Of a stretch of DNA of 64,000 bases, positions 27,115 to 35,687 are shown piece after piece; positions within the stretch are counted from its first letter, which is position 1; each line of letters opens with the position of its first letter. The notes under the pieces are model-generated. The model ran no database searches. It saw nothing but the letters and a program-made list of their open reading frames with translations, and was not told the DNA's origin. The DNA is from Candidatus Omnitrophota bacterium (GTDB taxonomy: Bacteria; Omnitrophota; Gorgyraeia; JAFGGP01), in assembly GCA_016930485.1 (NCBI GenBank), contig JAFGGP010000035.1, positions 16,625 to 80,624 of the forward strand. The letters run 5' to 3'. The position numbers were made by a program, and so were the translations under genes.

Positions 27115-27726
27115 CTAGCGTTCCAGGGTCGTTATCCGACGGCACCGTGCACACAAAATCCTGATCCGGTCCGATCGCGCAGCTTCCCCGTCACCGGTAT
27201 CGGAAGGCGAAGAAACATGCCGCTCTCCTGTGGGATTGCGTAACATGGTAAGCATGAGAGTCGGATTGGAAAATAAGGCGGGCCCTATGCGTCTGGCAAT
27301 CCATCGAATGTGATCAAGCGGACCGATAACAGCACCGCACATCTCACACAGCAGCAGCTCTTTTTCTACCTCGCTAAAGGGTTCCTTCAGACTAATATTC
27401 GATAACTCATACTGATCCGTCAGTTTGATGCCTTCGGAGGTAATGCAGTTTCTTTCGCATTGACCGCAGAAAATACAGTTATCGGAAGCAACAACCAATC
27501 GTCTTACCGGAACCTCTCCCGATGTATCCTCTTCAATAGTAATATTGCCCCCCGGGCATACGATAGAACATGTCCCGCATCCCACGCACCCTGACTCATT
27601 GTATTCGGGCTTGCCTCGATATCCCTCGGGAACAGCGGGTATCGTCTTGGGGAAATCTATAGTGCACGGCCCCTTAATAAGTGCGCGTATAGCCTCTTTG
27701 AGTTCGCGCAGTTTCGGTTTTCTCAT
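27115..27726 (-). CDS. NuoI/MbhN/HycF-like 2x[4Fe-4S] ferredoxin subunit with a Cys-rich C-terminal extension
   Basis: CVGCGTCSIVCP and CIFCGQCERNC, plus an extra CEMCG...CARCRR in the last ~80 aa. Confidence 0.8.
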   Translation of the reverse strand: MRKPKLRELKEAIRALIKGPCTIDFPKTIPAVPEGYRGKPEYNESGCVGCGTCSIVCPGGNITIEEDTSGEVPVRRLVVASDNCIFCGQCERNCITSEGIKLTDQYELSNISLKEPFSEVEKELLLCEMCGAVIGPLDHIRWIARRIGPALFSNPTLMLTMLRNPTGERHVSSPSDTGDGEAARSDRIRILCARCRRITTLER

Positions 27727-28061
27727 CGCTCCTCTTCCTTTACGTGAGCCTTATACTGATCCACAACACTTCCCTCCCACAACTCAACCCCTGAAAGATA
27801 CGCCCCCTTTGAAATGGCATGGGCGGCAGTAGGGGATGTTACCAGAATAAAAATCATACAGAGAATCGCCTTCATGCTGATAGAACAAAAACCGTTCATA
27901 AAAACCACACCCATGAGAACCAGACTGGTCCCTAAGGTAACACACTTTGTCGATGCCTGAAGCCGATTGTAGATATCGGGAAGGCGCACCAATCCAACAC
28001 AACCAAAAAAGTTAAAAAGTATCCCGAGTGTAATCATAGAGAGGCCCACCGCGTTACTCAT
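27723..28061 (-). CDS. MrpG/MnhG-like antiporter subunit
   Basis: GLVRLPDIYNRLQASTKCVTLG. ATG 28061 is used because the track start at 28064 is TTG. Confidence 0.85.
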   Translation of the reverse strand: MSNAVGLSMITLGILFNFFGCVGLVRLPDIYNRLQASTKCVTLGTSLVLMGVVFMNGFCSISMKAILCMIFILVTSPTAAHAISKGAYLSGVELWEGSVVDQYKAHVKEEER

Positions 28062-28317
28062 CAAACCTCCTCCCCTGAAGATGCTTGGCCAAGGCGATCG
28101 TGCCGATAAAGCTCAACAGACTCCAGGCCAGCGCAATATTTAAATAAAAATCCTTTTTTGTCATTACCGAAAGAAGCGCGCAAAAACCGACCACGACGAT
28201 CCCGAGAATGTCAACCGCGACGGTCCTGTCGGGCGCCGAAGGGCCGCGGCCGATCCGGTAAAGACACATGAACGAACTGGCAAGCAGCATAAGAAAGAAA
28301 AAATAAAAAATGCCCAT
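28054..28317 (-). CDS. MrpF/MnhF-like antiporter subunit
   Basis: RIGRGPSAPDRTVAVDILG in an 87-aa three-TM protein. Confidence 0.85.
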   Translation of the reverse strand: MGIFYFFFLMLLASSFMCLYRIGRGPSAPDRTVAVDILGIVVVGFCALLSVMTKKDFYLNIALAWSLLSFIGTIALAKHLQGRRFDE

Positions 28318-28826
28318 TATTCGAAAATCCTCCTCAGTAAGGCCTCGAATTTTTTTACGATAATTTCGCTCGCTCGCTCTACATCCTCAGACTCTACATT
28401 AATCCAATGGATATACAGATAGCCGTTCTCCGTGATATCGACGGTAAGGGTCCCCGGAGTTAGTGTAATGGAATTTGCGAGGGCGGTCAAGGCAGAGTCG
28501 CTCTTTAGGGTCGTCTTGACCTTGACGATGCCGGGCCTGATCGGCATCTTTGGATGAAGAACCCGATAGACCACATCGATATTCGCCTTGATACAGTAAA
28601 AGGCAAAGACAGGGAGGTAGCATAGTATCCAAAAATACCTCTTAATATCATACCATTTATGGGGATGCGTAATAAGGATTTCGTGAAAAAGCCATGTTAC
28701 CAGCGCGCTGGCCAGTACCCCAAAGATAATAATCTGCATATCCAGTGTGCCTGAGGCGCCGTTGTACGGCCACACCAGCAAACACCACGTAACAAATGAA
28801 AAAATGAAAAGTGTTATAATTCTCAT
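28317..28826 (-). CDS. MrpE/MnhE-like antiporter subunit
   Basis: SITLTPGTLTVDI...LYIHWINV. Confidence 0.85.
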   Translation of the reverse strand: MRIITLFIFSFVTWCLLVWPYNGASGTLDMQIIIFGVLASALVTWLFHEILITHPHKWYDIKRYFWILCYLPVFAFYCIKANIDVVYRVLHPKMPIRPGIVKVKTTLKSDSALTALANSITLTPGTLTVDITENGYLYIHWINVESEDVERASEIIVKKFEALLRRIFE

Positions 28827-28829
28827 CGA

Positions 28830-30299
28830 TTATCCCTTTGATAGTATCCAGGCAGCATACTCTGTCCCGCGAAGCAGCGATGCCACGGCAGGATCGAGCA
28901 ACTGGGCCCTAACAGACGGCACCAGTAACAGTCCCATGCCGACGCACAAAAGTGCCAGTATCATCATGGAAAGACACATGCCTACCGGCACCTCGCGCAC
29001 ACCCTTATTGTGTTCCTTTAATTCGCCAAAGAAAGCAAACTTCTGGACCTTCAGAAATGAAGCAAGGGTCATCAGGCTGACAAATGCGGCCCACAGACCG
29101 AATATATAGTGCCCTGACTGCACACAGGCTATAATGATAATTAATTTGCTCCAGAATCCGTTTAAAGGCGGTATGCCGGCGATGGACATCGAGGCAACCA
29201 GGCTGGTAAAGCCGGTAACGGGCATTCTCTCTCTGAGCCCCCCCATTTCTTCAAGCTGTCTGGTATGGATATTGTACTCGACGGAGCCAGCGGTTAAAAA
29301 GAGAAGACCCTTAAAAACCGCGTGATTCATCAGATGGAATATGGCCCCCAGGATGCCCAATGGCGTCGCCAGTCCAAAACCGAGCATGACATAACCGATC
29401 TGACTGATGCTGTGATAGGCAAACAGCCGTTTCATGTCCCACTGGCCGATTGCCAGAAAAACGCCGATTACCATCGACGCCGTTCCAAAAAACAGCAGGA
29501 TATGCGACAGGACGGGCGTAAGGCCAAAGATATTAAATATAAGCCGGATGAGTGCATAGACTCCGATCGCCTTGATTAATACACCGGAGAGCATCGCGGA
29601 GATAGGCGCCGGCGCCGAAGGGTGCGCATCGGGAAGCCACGCGTGAAACGGTACAAGGGCCGCTTTAAGGCCGAACCCCAGGATAAAACAGGACGCCATA
29701 AAAATAAAGGTGCTTGAGTCGTGAGGCAGCCTGGCAGAGATATCGGCCATATTTAACGTACCCGTGAGGCTGTAGCCAACGGCCACCCCCAGGAGAATAA
29801 ACGTCGAGGCAACACTCCCCAATACCAGATACTTAAAGGAGGCCTCCAATTCGTCATGCTGACAGCCGAACCCAACCAGCGCGTAGGAGGCGATCGAGGC
29901 GATCTCCAAAAAGACATACAGATTAAAGAGGTCGCCGGAAAGGACCACGCCGTTCATTCCCGCAACCATCAGGAGAAACAGGCTGTAGTATCTCAACTTC
30001 GAGGTGTACTGCTCCATGTACTTTATGGAGAAAACCGTGGCACAGAAACTGATGCTATTGACCGTCACCAGCAAAAGAACGCTCCAGCCGTCAAGGGCCA
30101 TAGCGATGCCGACCGGCGGCTTCCACAGTCCCACCGTATATACAGCATTCCTTCCGATGACCCCCAGTGACATCACGCAGAGGATGAACGTCGTTACGTT
30201 TGCGAAGATATCAGAAAACACCCTGATTCTCTTTGAAAACATCGGTATCAAAAAGGCAGAGGCCAACGGAATGGCAACGAAAAGCGGAATAATACTCAC
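28830..30299 (-). CDS. MrpD/NuoN-like antiporter-type proton/sodium-translocating subunit
   Basis: A 489-aa polytopic protein with the Proton_antipo_M core (FHAWLPDAH, HSISQIGYV). The GTG start overlaps the upstream stop as GTGA. Confidence 0.88.
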   Translation of the reverse strand: MSIIPLFVAIPLASAFLIPMFSKRIRVFSDIFANVTTFILCVMSLGVIGRNAVYTVGLWKPPVGIAMALDGWSVLLLVTVNSISFCATVFSIKYMEQYTSKLRYYSLFLLMVAGMNGVVLSGDLFNLYVFLEIASIASYALVGFGCQHDELEASFKYLVLGSVASTFILLGVAVGYSLTGTLNMADISARLPHDSSTFIFMASCFILGFGLKAALVPFHAWLPDAHPSAPAPISAMLSGVLIKAIGVYALIRLIFNIFGLTPVLSHILLFFGTASMVIGVFLAIGQWDMKRLFAYHSISQIGYVMLGFGLATPLGILGAIFHLMNHAVFKGLLFLTAGSVEYNIHTRQLEEMGGLRERMPVTGFTSLVASMSIAGIPPLNGFWSKLIIIIACVQSGHYIFGLWAAFVSLMTLASFLKVQKFAFFGELKEHNKGVREVPVGMCLSMMILALLCVGMGLLLVPSVRAQLLDPAVASLLRGTEYAAWILSKG

Positions 30300-30643
30300 C
30301 CTCTCAACCTCCTTATCTGTGTTATATCAAAGGTCCCGTAACGCTCATAGAGCCTGATGCAGAGGGCCACCATAAGCGTCAGCACACCGAGTCCGATAAC
30401 AATAGAGGTCAATACCAGCGCCTGCGGGAGTGGGTCAACCGATGCGGCCGCAAAGGTCTTGGCATCGGTAGCCCCGTCGATAATCGGCGCGATACCGTCT
30501 TTTCTGTAGCCGATCAAGATCAGGAATAAATTAACGGCATACTCCATGATAGCCAAACCCAGTACAATCTTGACCAGGTTCTTCTTTACAACAACGCAGT
30601 AGAGACCAACCATGAATAAAACAAAACATAACGCGTAGATCAT
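30296..30643 (-). CDS. MrpC/NuoK-like subunit
   Basis: MIYALCFVLFMVGLYCVVVKKNLVKIVLGLAIMEYAVNLFL. The longer track ORF (to 30766) reads through a hairpin element and is rejected. Confidence 0.82.
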   Translation of the reverse strand: MIYALCFVLFMVGLYCVVVKKNLVKIVLGLAIMEYAVNLFLILIGYRKDGIAPIIDGATDAKTFAAASVDPLPQALVLTSIVIGLGVLTLMVALCIRLYERYGTFDITQIRRLRG

Positions 30644-30778
30644 TCCACTTTCCCTTGTCATCCCGGACCTGATCCGGGATCCATTTTTTCTTAGATTTCT
30701 AGATCCCGCGTCAAACGCGGGATAACATCCAGCCAACAGATGTATAAGCGCTCTTGCTTCATACATCTGGGCTTCATG
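30644..30778 (-). repeat. Intra-operon spacer carrying three stem-loops
   Basis: There are two 8-bp stems, 30660-30667/30673-30680 and 30703-30710/30716-30723. On the transcribed strand they read ATCCCGGA-TCAGG-TCCGGGAT and ATCCCGCG-TTTGA-CGCGGGAT. A third, 9-bp stem pairs 30737-30745 with 30761-30769. Confidence 0.7.
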
Positions 30779-31249
30779 TCATTTGTGCCGTATCATCTTC
30801 ATGGCATCGTCTTTCAGCACTACCTTGATGGCAGAGATGATAACAAATACCATAAAGAGCGACGCCCCCACCTTAATACCGATGGCGATATTATAAAGCA
30901 TGATATTGCCCGCACTGAGCAACCGGAAGGCCTCACCCGGATGAGACCGGTGCAGGAAATTCACAAAAAAGGCGCCGCCGCAGCACATACCTAAGAGCGC
31001 AATAGTCAGGAACATGAGGGCGCCTATACTGTCAAGCTCACTCGCCATATTTTTGCTCAACTTGCTTAAGGCCACCTCTTTCCCGAAGGCGAGCGTCAGC
31101 AGAATAAACGATGACGCAAGAATAACCCCTCCGGCAAATCCGCCCCCCGGACTGAGATGACCGGTGAGTACAATATAAATACCGAAAAGAAAAATGAACC
31201 CTTTAATCCACCGGGTTACAGTTTTAACAATCAGCGACATCCCCTTCAT
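30779..31249 (-). CDS. MnhB/MrpB-domain subunit
   Basis: LTGHLSPGGGFAGGVILASSFIL. Confidence 0.85.
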   Translation of the reverse strand: MKGMSLIVKTVTRWIKGFIFLFGIYIVLTGHLSPGGGFAGGVILASSFILLTLAFGKEVALSKLSKNMASELDSIGALMFLTIALLGMCCGGAFFVNFLHRSHPGEAFRLLSAGNIMLYNIAIGIKVGASLFMVFVIISAIKVVLKDDAMKMIRHK

Positions 31250-31253
31250 GGCT

Positions 31254-31799
31254 TTAATCCCTTACTTTTTTTCTGGACCTGATCCTGAGAATCGCCATCG
31301 CCCCCAGTATCGACGTAAAAAGGACTGTTGCCTCACCCAGGGTATCGTAGGCACGAAAATCCAGCAGGATGGCAGTGACGATATTGGCCGCACCGGTCTT
31401 GGCAAGTCCCTCTGTCAGATACACATTCGTGACCGCCCCCGGTGCCTTGGTAAAAAGAGGTGCCCCGAACTGCGGCAGCTCTCTCAGTACCTCCAGACCA
31501 AAGAGAAAGGCAACAAACAGTAACACCACCGTTGCAATCATCCCGAAAAATTCCCTGTCACCCGAGATAGTAGTCAGGTCACGGCTGATCGTGGCGCGTA
31601 TCAGAACCACCAAGCAGAGAATTTCAACCACGATCTGCGTAATGGCGATATCGGGCGCCTTGAGTAGCAGGAATATGATGCTCAAACCAAAACCCACCGC
31701 GCCCAGGGCAATAATCGCAGAAAGCAGGTCTCTCGTCTCAACAGCGACAAGGGCGCCGATAATACAGAAAATAAGGAGTAAAAAAATCAGTTCAAACAT
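31254..31799 (-). CDS. MbhD/MbhE-like subunit (MrpA C-terminal region, DUF4040-like)
   Basis: VETRDLLSAIIALGAVGFGLSIIFLLLKAPDIAITQIVVE. Confidence 0.75.
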   Translation of the reverse strand: MFELIFLLLIFCIIGALVAVETRDLLSAIIALGAVGFGLSIIFLLLKAPDIAITQIVVEILCLVVLIRATISRDLTTISGDREFFGMIATVVLLFVAFLFGLEVLRELPQFGAPLFTKAPGAVTNVYLTEGLAKTGAANIVTAILLDFRAYDTLGEATVLFTSILGAMAILRIRSRKKVRD

Positions 31800-31805
31800 G
31801 GTATA

Positions 31806-33623
31806 TCACCAAGTGTTTTTTCCCAAAATCCACAAAAGAAGTATCAGGCCAAAAACAACCCACGAGAGATATGTCGGCAGTACCCCCGTATGCATCTGAC
31901 GTAACAGCTCCGTCATATACGAAAAGGTGCGTTTTGCCTGCTCGTAGAGATCAAAGTACTTTTTTTCGGCACCGCGATATATTTTCTGTATCACGCCGAT
32001 CTCTTTGATCGTGTTATAAAAATCCGTCCCTGAGATAAATGAGGATTCCGGCAGTCTCTCTCCACCAATATACGTTCTATCGGTCCTGAAGAAACCCTTT
32101 TTGAGTGAAAGCGCCCCGTAGAGAAACATGCCCAATAAAAGACCTGTCCCGATATACAATCCTGCCTGAGAAGGCTCCCAGATACCAAGGTAGATATCGC
32201 TTCCGCCCAGAATGGGGTTAATCAGAAATCTGAGCGGGAGCTGTTTGGCGAAGATCCCGAATACGATGCACAGCGCCGCCAGAACCCCCATCGCCAAGAC
32301 CATGGCGCAATGCTCTCTCTGAGGGGCTTCGGCATATTCCGTTGTGCGTGCGCAATAGGCCGCATGTAACAACTTAATAAAACTTGCCAGGGTAAGCGCA
32401 CTGCCGAACATAGCGGCCATAAGCCAGAGCACCCACAGACGTCCGCCCCGCTGCCCCATCTCGACAATGCCCTGATACACCATCCACTTTGATACAAAAC
32501 CGTTAAAAGGAGGGATCCCGCTGATCGAAAGAGAACTGATAAGCGCGCAGACAAAGGTAGCGGGAATAATCTGGATAAGGCCTCCAAGGTGATCGAGGTC
32601 GGTGGTACCGGTCTTCTTTTCTACCGAACCGGCACTGAGAAATAATGTACACTTATAGATGGCATGGTTCAGCATATGAAACAGCCCGCCGGCGATGCCG
32701 ACCGGATTGCCCGTGCCGATCCCCAGGACCATGTAGCCGACCTGGCTGACCGCGTGATAACTCAGCAGTTTTTTCATATCATGCTGCATAAGCGCCATCA
32801 TGACCGCTGCAATAATCGTCACTGCGCCGGTAATGAGAAGCACAAGATGCGCAGCCTCGTTTAAAATAAAGACATCGAGACAACAACGTGCCAGAAGATA
32901 GATTCCCAGTAGTTTATCTAACGCGGCAGGGAGATAGGCCGTTACCGCAATCGGCGCAGATGCGGCACAGTCGGGTATCCAGGTATGAAGCGGCATGGCA
33001 CCTGCCTTGGCAAAGGCAGCCAGGACAAAAAAGATAAATGCCCAGAAGGTAAGCCCGCTGGTTATGGGGAGTTTAACTCCCAAAAGATCCCAGCTCCCTG
33101 CGGCCTGCCACACAATGGCCATTCCAAAAAGCAGGAAGGCGTCAGAGCCGCCGATAATAATAAAGGTTTTCTTGGCGGCTGCCGCAGCCCCGGACCCGCC
33201 ACCAATATGTATAAGGAGATAGAGGGTAAGCCCCAAAAACCCCCAGAAGAGCGCCAGTACGATCATGTGATTCGCCGCAAGAGCCCCGATAGAGGCAGCC
33301 AGCGTCCAGAGCACATAGACATAAAAACTCCGGTGATACACATGGTCTCTCATAAAACCGATTGAATACAGAATGATAATAAGGGTAAAAAACGTGACCC
33401 CTAATAACGCCAGACCGCTCAGGCCATCGATCACAAATGAAATACCGTACGCAAAGGTGCTCTCGATGGGGCGGACAAGAAAGAGTCTCACCGACCCCAG
33501 ACACGCCACCAGAGCGGTCACCCCGCTAACAGTCTCAATCAGCCCCCTTGCCCTCTTGGGAATAAGAAAGAGAAGGGTTCCAATAATAAACGGAAATGCC
33601 GTCAGTAGTGCTATATTATTCAT
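31806..33623 (-). CDS. MrpA/NuoL-like antiporter-type subunit
   Basis: A 605-aa polytopic protein with LHTWIPDCA, SYHAVSQVGYMV and FHMLNHAIYK. Confidence 0.88.
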   Translation of the reverse strand: MNNIALLTAFPFIIGTLLFLIPKRARGLIETVSGVTALVACLGSVRLFLVRPIESTFAYGISFVIDGLSGLALLGVTFFTLIIILYSIGFMRDHVYHRSFYVYVLWTLAASIGALAANHMIVLALFWGFLGLTLYLLIHIGGGSGAAAAAKKTFIIIGGSDAFLLFGMAIVWQAAGSWDLLGVKLPITSGLTFWAFIFFVLAAFAKAGAMPLHTWIPDCAASAPIAVTAYLPAALDKLLGIYLLARCCLDVFILNEAAHLVLLITGAVTIIAAVMMALMQHDMKKLLSYHAVSQVGYMVLGIGTGNPVGIAGGLFHMLNHAIYKCTLFLSAGSVEKKTGTTDLDHLGGLIQIIPATFVCALISSLSISGIPPFNGFVSKWMVYQGIVEMGQRGGRLWVLWLMAAMFGSALTLASFIKLLHAAYCARTTEYAEAPQREHCAMVLAMGVLAALCIVFGIFAKQLPLRFLINPILGGSDIYLGIWEPSQAGLYIGTGLLLGMFLYGALSLKKGFFRTDRTYIGGERLPESSFISGTDFYNTIKEIGVIQKIYRGAEKKYFDLYEQAKRTFSYMTELLRQMHTGVLPTYLSWVVFGLILLLWILGKNTW

Positions 33624-33634
33624 CGTCTAACACC

Positions 33635-34813
33635 CTAGAATTTCTTCTTCAGCTGCTGTGTCTTCTCCTGAGAAAGACGCACCAGATCAGACCAGTTATA
33701 GACCTTTTTTCTCGTCTTATAGTCCACCGCCTGCATCCTCTCGGTACAGCAGTAGCACGGGTCAACCGCGGCAAGGGTCAGCGTTGCGTCTGCAATGCTC
33801 TGCCCAACCGCCGATACCGCGTTCGTAGCGACGTTCATAAAACTCGGTGCCCGCACCTTGTAGCGCGCCGGGGTATTTGACCCGTCACTCCGCAGATAAT
33901 GATACACCTCGCCGCGCGGGGCCTCCGCCCTTCCGACCCCCTCGCCCGGCGGCATATCCTTAAGGGGCGTATCGTATGGTCCGTCGGGCATCCCGGTAAG
34001 CCCCTGCTTGATAATCCGTACTGATTCAAACATCTCAAGCACTCGGACAATTACCTTATCAAAGACATCGCCGTTCTCGGTAACAATCATATCAAAATCG
34101 ACCTTGTCATAGGCAAAATAAGGGTCGTCCTTCCGCACATCAATAGCAACGCCTGAGGCGCGTGCGGTCGGCCCCACGGCGGAAAAAGTGATAACATCCT
34201 CCCGGGTCAGGATACCCACACCCTTAAGCCGCGCATGGAGCACCGGGTCATCCAGGACAGCGCCGCGAAACATCTCCAGGCTTCGCTCAAGTTCACCGAG
34301 TTCGTTTATGATCTTAGGCACTTCCTCTTTCTTGATATCCCGCCGGATACCGCCCGGTTTAAACATCGCGTAACTCTGCCTGTTGCCGGTAATGCGCTCG
34401 AAGATGTCCAAAACGATCTCCCGGTACTTCCAGGCCCACATAAATACCGTATTATATCCGATGAAGTGCCCCGCAAGACCAAGCCACAGCATATGTGAAT
34501 GAATCCTCTCAAGCTCTGCGATGATCATCCTGATATACTGCGCCCGCAGGGGTGCGGTGACGCGCGCGCAGTCCTCGATGCAGTTCACGCTCGCCGACGG
34601 ATGCGAAATCGAACAGATGCCGCAGATGCGCTCCACAACAAAGACCACCTGGTCAAACGTCCTCATTTCGCAGAGCTTCTCTATACCCCGGTGGTTATAG
34701 CCGATAATGATATCGATGTCCACGACACGCTCACCGTCGACATGCAGCTGAAAAAATTCAGGCTCTTCCTGAAGCGGATGGTATGGTCCTACCGGTATGA
34801 TCTTCTTACTCAT
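33635..34813 (-). CDS. [NiFe]-hydrogenase large subunit, group 4 (MbhL/EchE/NuoD family)
   Basis: GPYHP, GYNHRGIEK, and the N-terminal Ni-Fe ligands RICGICSISH. The C-terminal ligands are DPCYCCTER, followed by a 33-aa tail. ATG 34813 has a GGAGG SD. Confidence 0.9.
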   Translation of the reverse strand: MSKKIIPVGPYHPLQEEPEFFQLHVDGERVVDIDIIIGYNHRGIEKLCEMRTFDQVVFVVERICGICSISHPSASVNCIEDCARVTAPLRAQYIRMIIAELERIHSHMLWLGLAGHFIGYNTVFMWAWKYREIVLDIFERITGNRQSYAMFKPGGIRRDIKKEEVPKIINELGELERSLEMFRGAVLDDPVLHARLKGVGILTREDVITFSAVGPTARASGVAIDVRKDDPYFAYDKVDFDMIVTENGDVFDKVIVRVLEMFESVRIIKQGLTGMPDGPYDTPLKDMPPGEGVGRAEAPRGEVYHYLRSDGSNTPARYKVRAPSFMNVATNAVSAVGQSIADATLTLAAVDPCYCCTERMQAVDYKTRKKVYNWSDLVRLSQEKTQQLKKKF

Positions 34814-35255
34814 TCGGATACCTCCGTAACGGGTAGTCTCCTTCAGGCCAGTCGTCGTCAAGCAAAAGATGTTTCAGATTCGGATGATGCAAAAAAGTGA
34901 TCCCTAAAAGTTCGTGTATCTCGCGCTCTACCCACTCGGCGGCACGGAAAAGCTGCGCCAAAGACTCCACCTCCAGGGCTGGCTTGGCGATCTGTACCTT
35001 CATGGACAGAACGCAGCCGATGCCGTCGAAGGAAAAGTGATACACAATCTCCATGGCATCTCGCATATCTACCCCTGATGCGGTGCAAAAACGCGCCCCC
35101 TTTTCGAAAAAAAGATACCGTGCCACTTCAAGGAGATCGCCCTTCTCTATCCGGATATATACCCGGCGCCCAGAAATCTGATCCCACTGGGTAACTTTCG
35201 CCGAAAGGCGTTCACGCACCTCGGTCAGTATATCCTGAGAAGCTGTATTGCTCAT
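34806..35255 (-). CDS. NuoC/MbhK-like subunit
   Basis: AEWVEREIHELLGITFLHHPNLKHLLL. Confidence 0.85.
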   Translation of the reverse strand: MSNTASQDILTEVRERLSAKVTQWDQISGRRVYIRIEKGDLLEVARYLFFEKGARFCTASGVDMRDAMEIVYHFSFDGIGCVLSMKVQIAKPALEVESLAQLFRAAEWVEREIHELLGITFLHHPNLKHLLLDDDWPEGDYPLRRYPNE

Positions 35256-35686
35256 CGATTCTTCCTCTTTTCATCAAGTTTGCCGAGTGCCTTGACAATA
35301 CCCGCGATTAAGGCCTCGGGTTTTGGCGGACAACCGGGGATATAGACATCAACCGGGATGGTCTTGCTGACCGGTGTATCGGTATTATATGAGTCCCTGA
35401 AGAAATGACCGCCGCACGAACAGGTGCCGCACGCCACGACAGCACAGGGCCGGGGCGCCTGTTCATAGAGCACCTTTACCCGCTTCACAGACTTTTTATT
35501 CATAGAGCCGGTAATTAAGATAATGTCCGCATGCCGGATACTCCCTACCAGCATCACCCCAAACCGTTCGACGTCAAACCGGGGCGTGAGGCAGTCGATG
35601 ATCTCGATATCACAGTTATTGCATGAACCCGTTGATAGGTGAAAAACCCACGGTGATTTTGTGAGCGCCTTCTTCAGGAATGACAT
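35252..35686 (-). CDS. NuoB/MbhJ-like hydrogenase small subunit
   Basis: GSCNNCDIE...GTCSCGG...IPGCPPKPE, the ligands of the proximal [4Fe-4S] cluster. Confidence 0.9.
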   Translation of the reverse strand: MSFLKKALTKSPWVFHLSTGSCNNCDIEIIDCLTPRFDVERFGVMLVGSIRHADIILITGSMNKKSVKRVKVLYEQAPRPCAVVACGTCSCGGHFFRDSYNTDTPVSKTIPVDVYIPGCPPKPEALIAGIVKALGKLDEKRKNR

Positions 35687-35687
35687 A

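Noticed and set aside
30644-30766. 41-aa N-terminal extension of the MrpC-like ORF (MYEARALIHLLAGCYPAFDAGSRNLRKNGSRIRSGMTRESG)
   Set aside because: It is the translation of the hairpin repeat element. The conserved NuoK/MrpC sequence begins at ATG 30643.
33635-34813. Possibility that the cluster is Mbx/Mbs (sulfane reductase), an energy-converting hydrogenase-related complex without a Ni-Fe site, or a complex I fragment
   Set aside because: The large subunit keeps both CxxC ligand pairs and a cleavable C-terminal tail. A maturation endopeptidase and hypA/C/D/E/F are co-located, which fits a true [NiFe]-hydrogenase.
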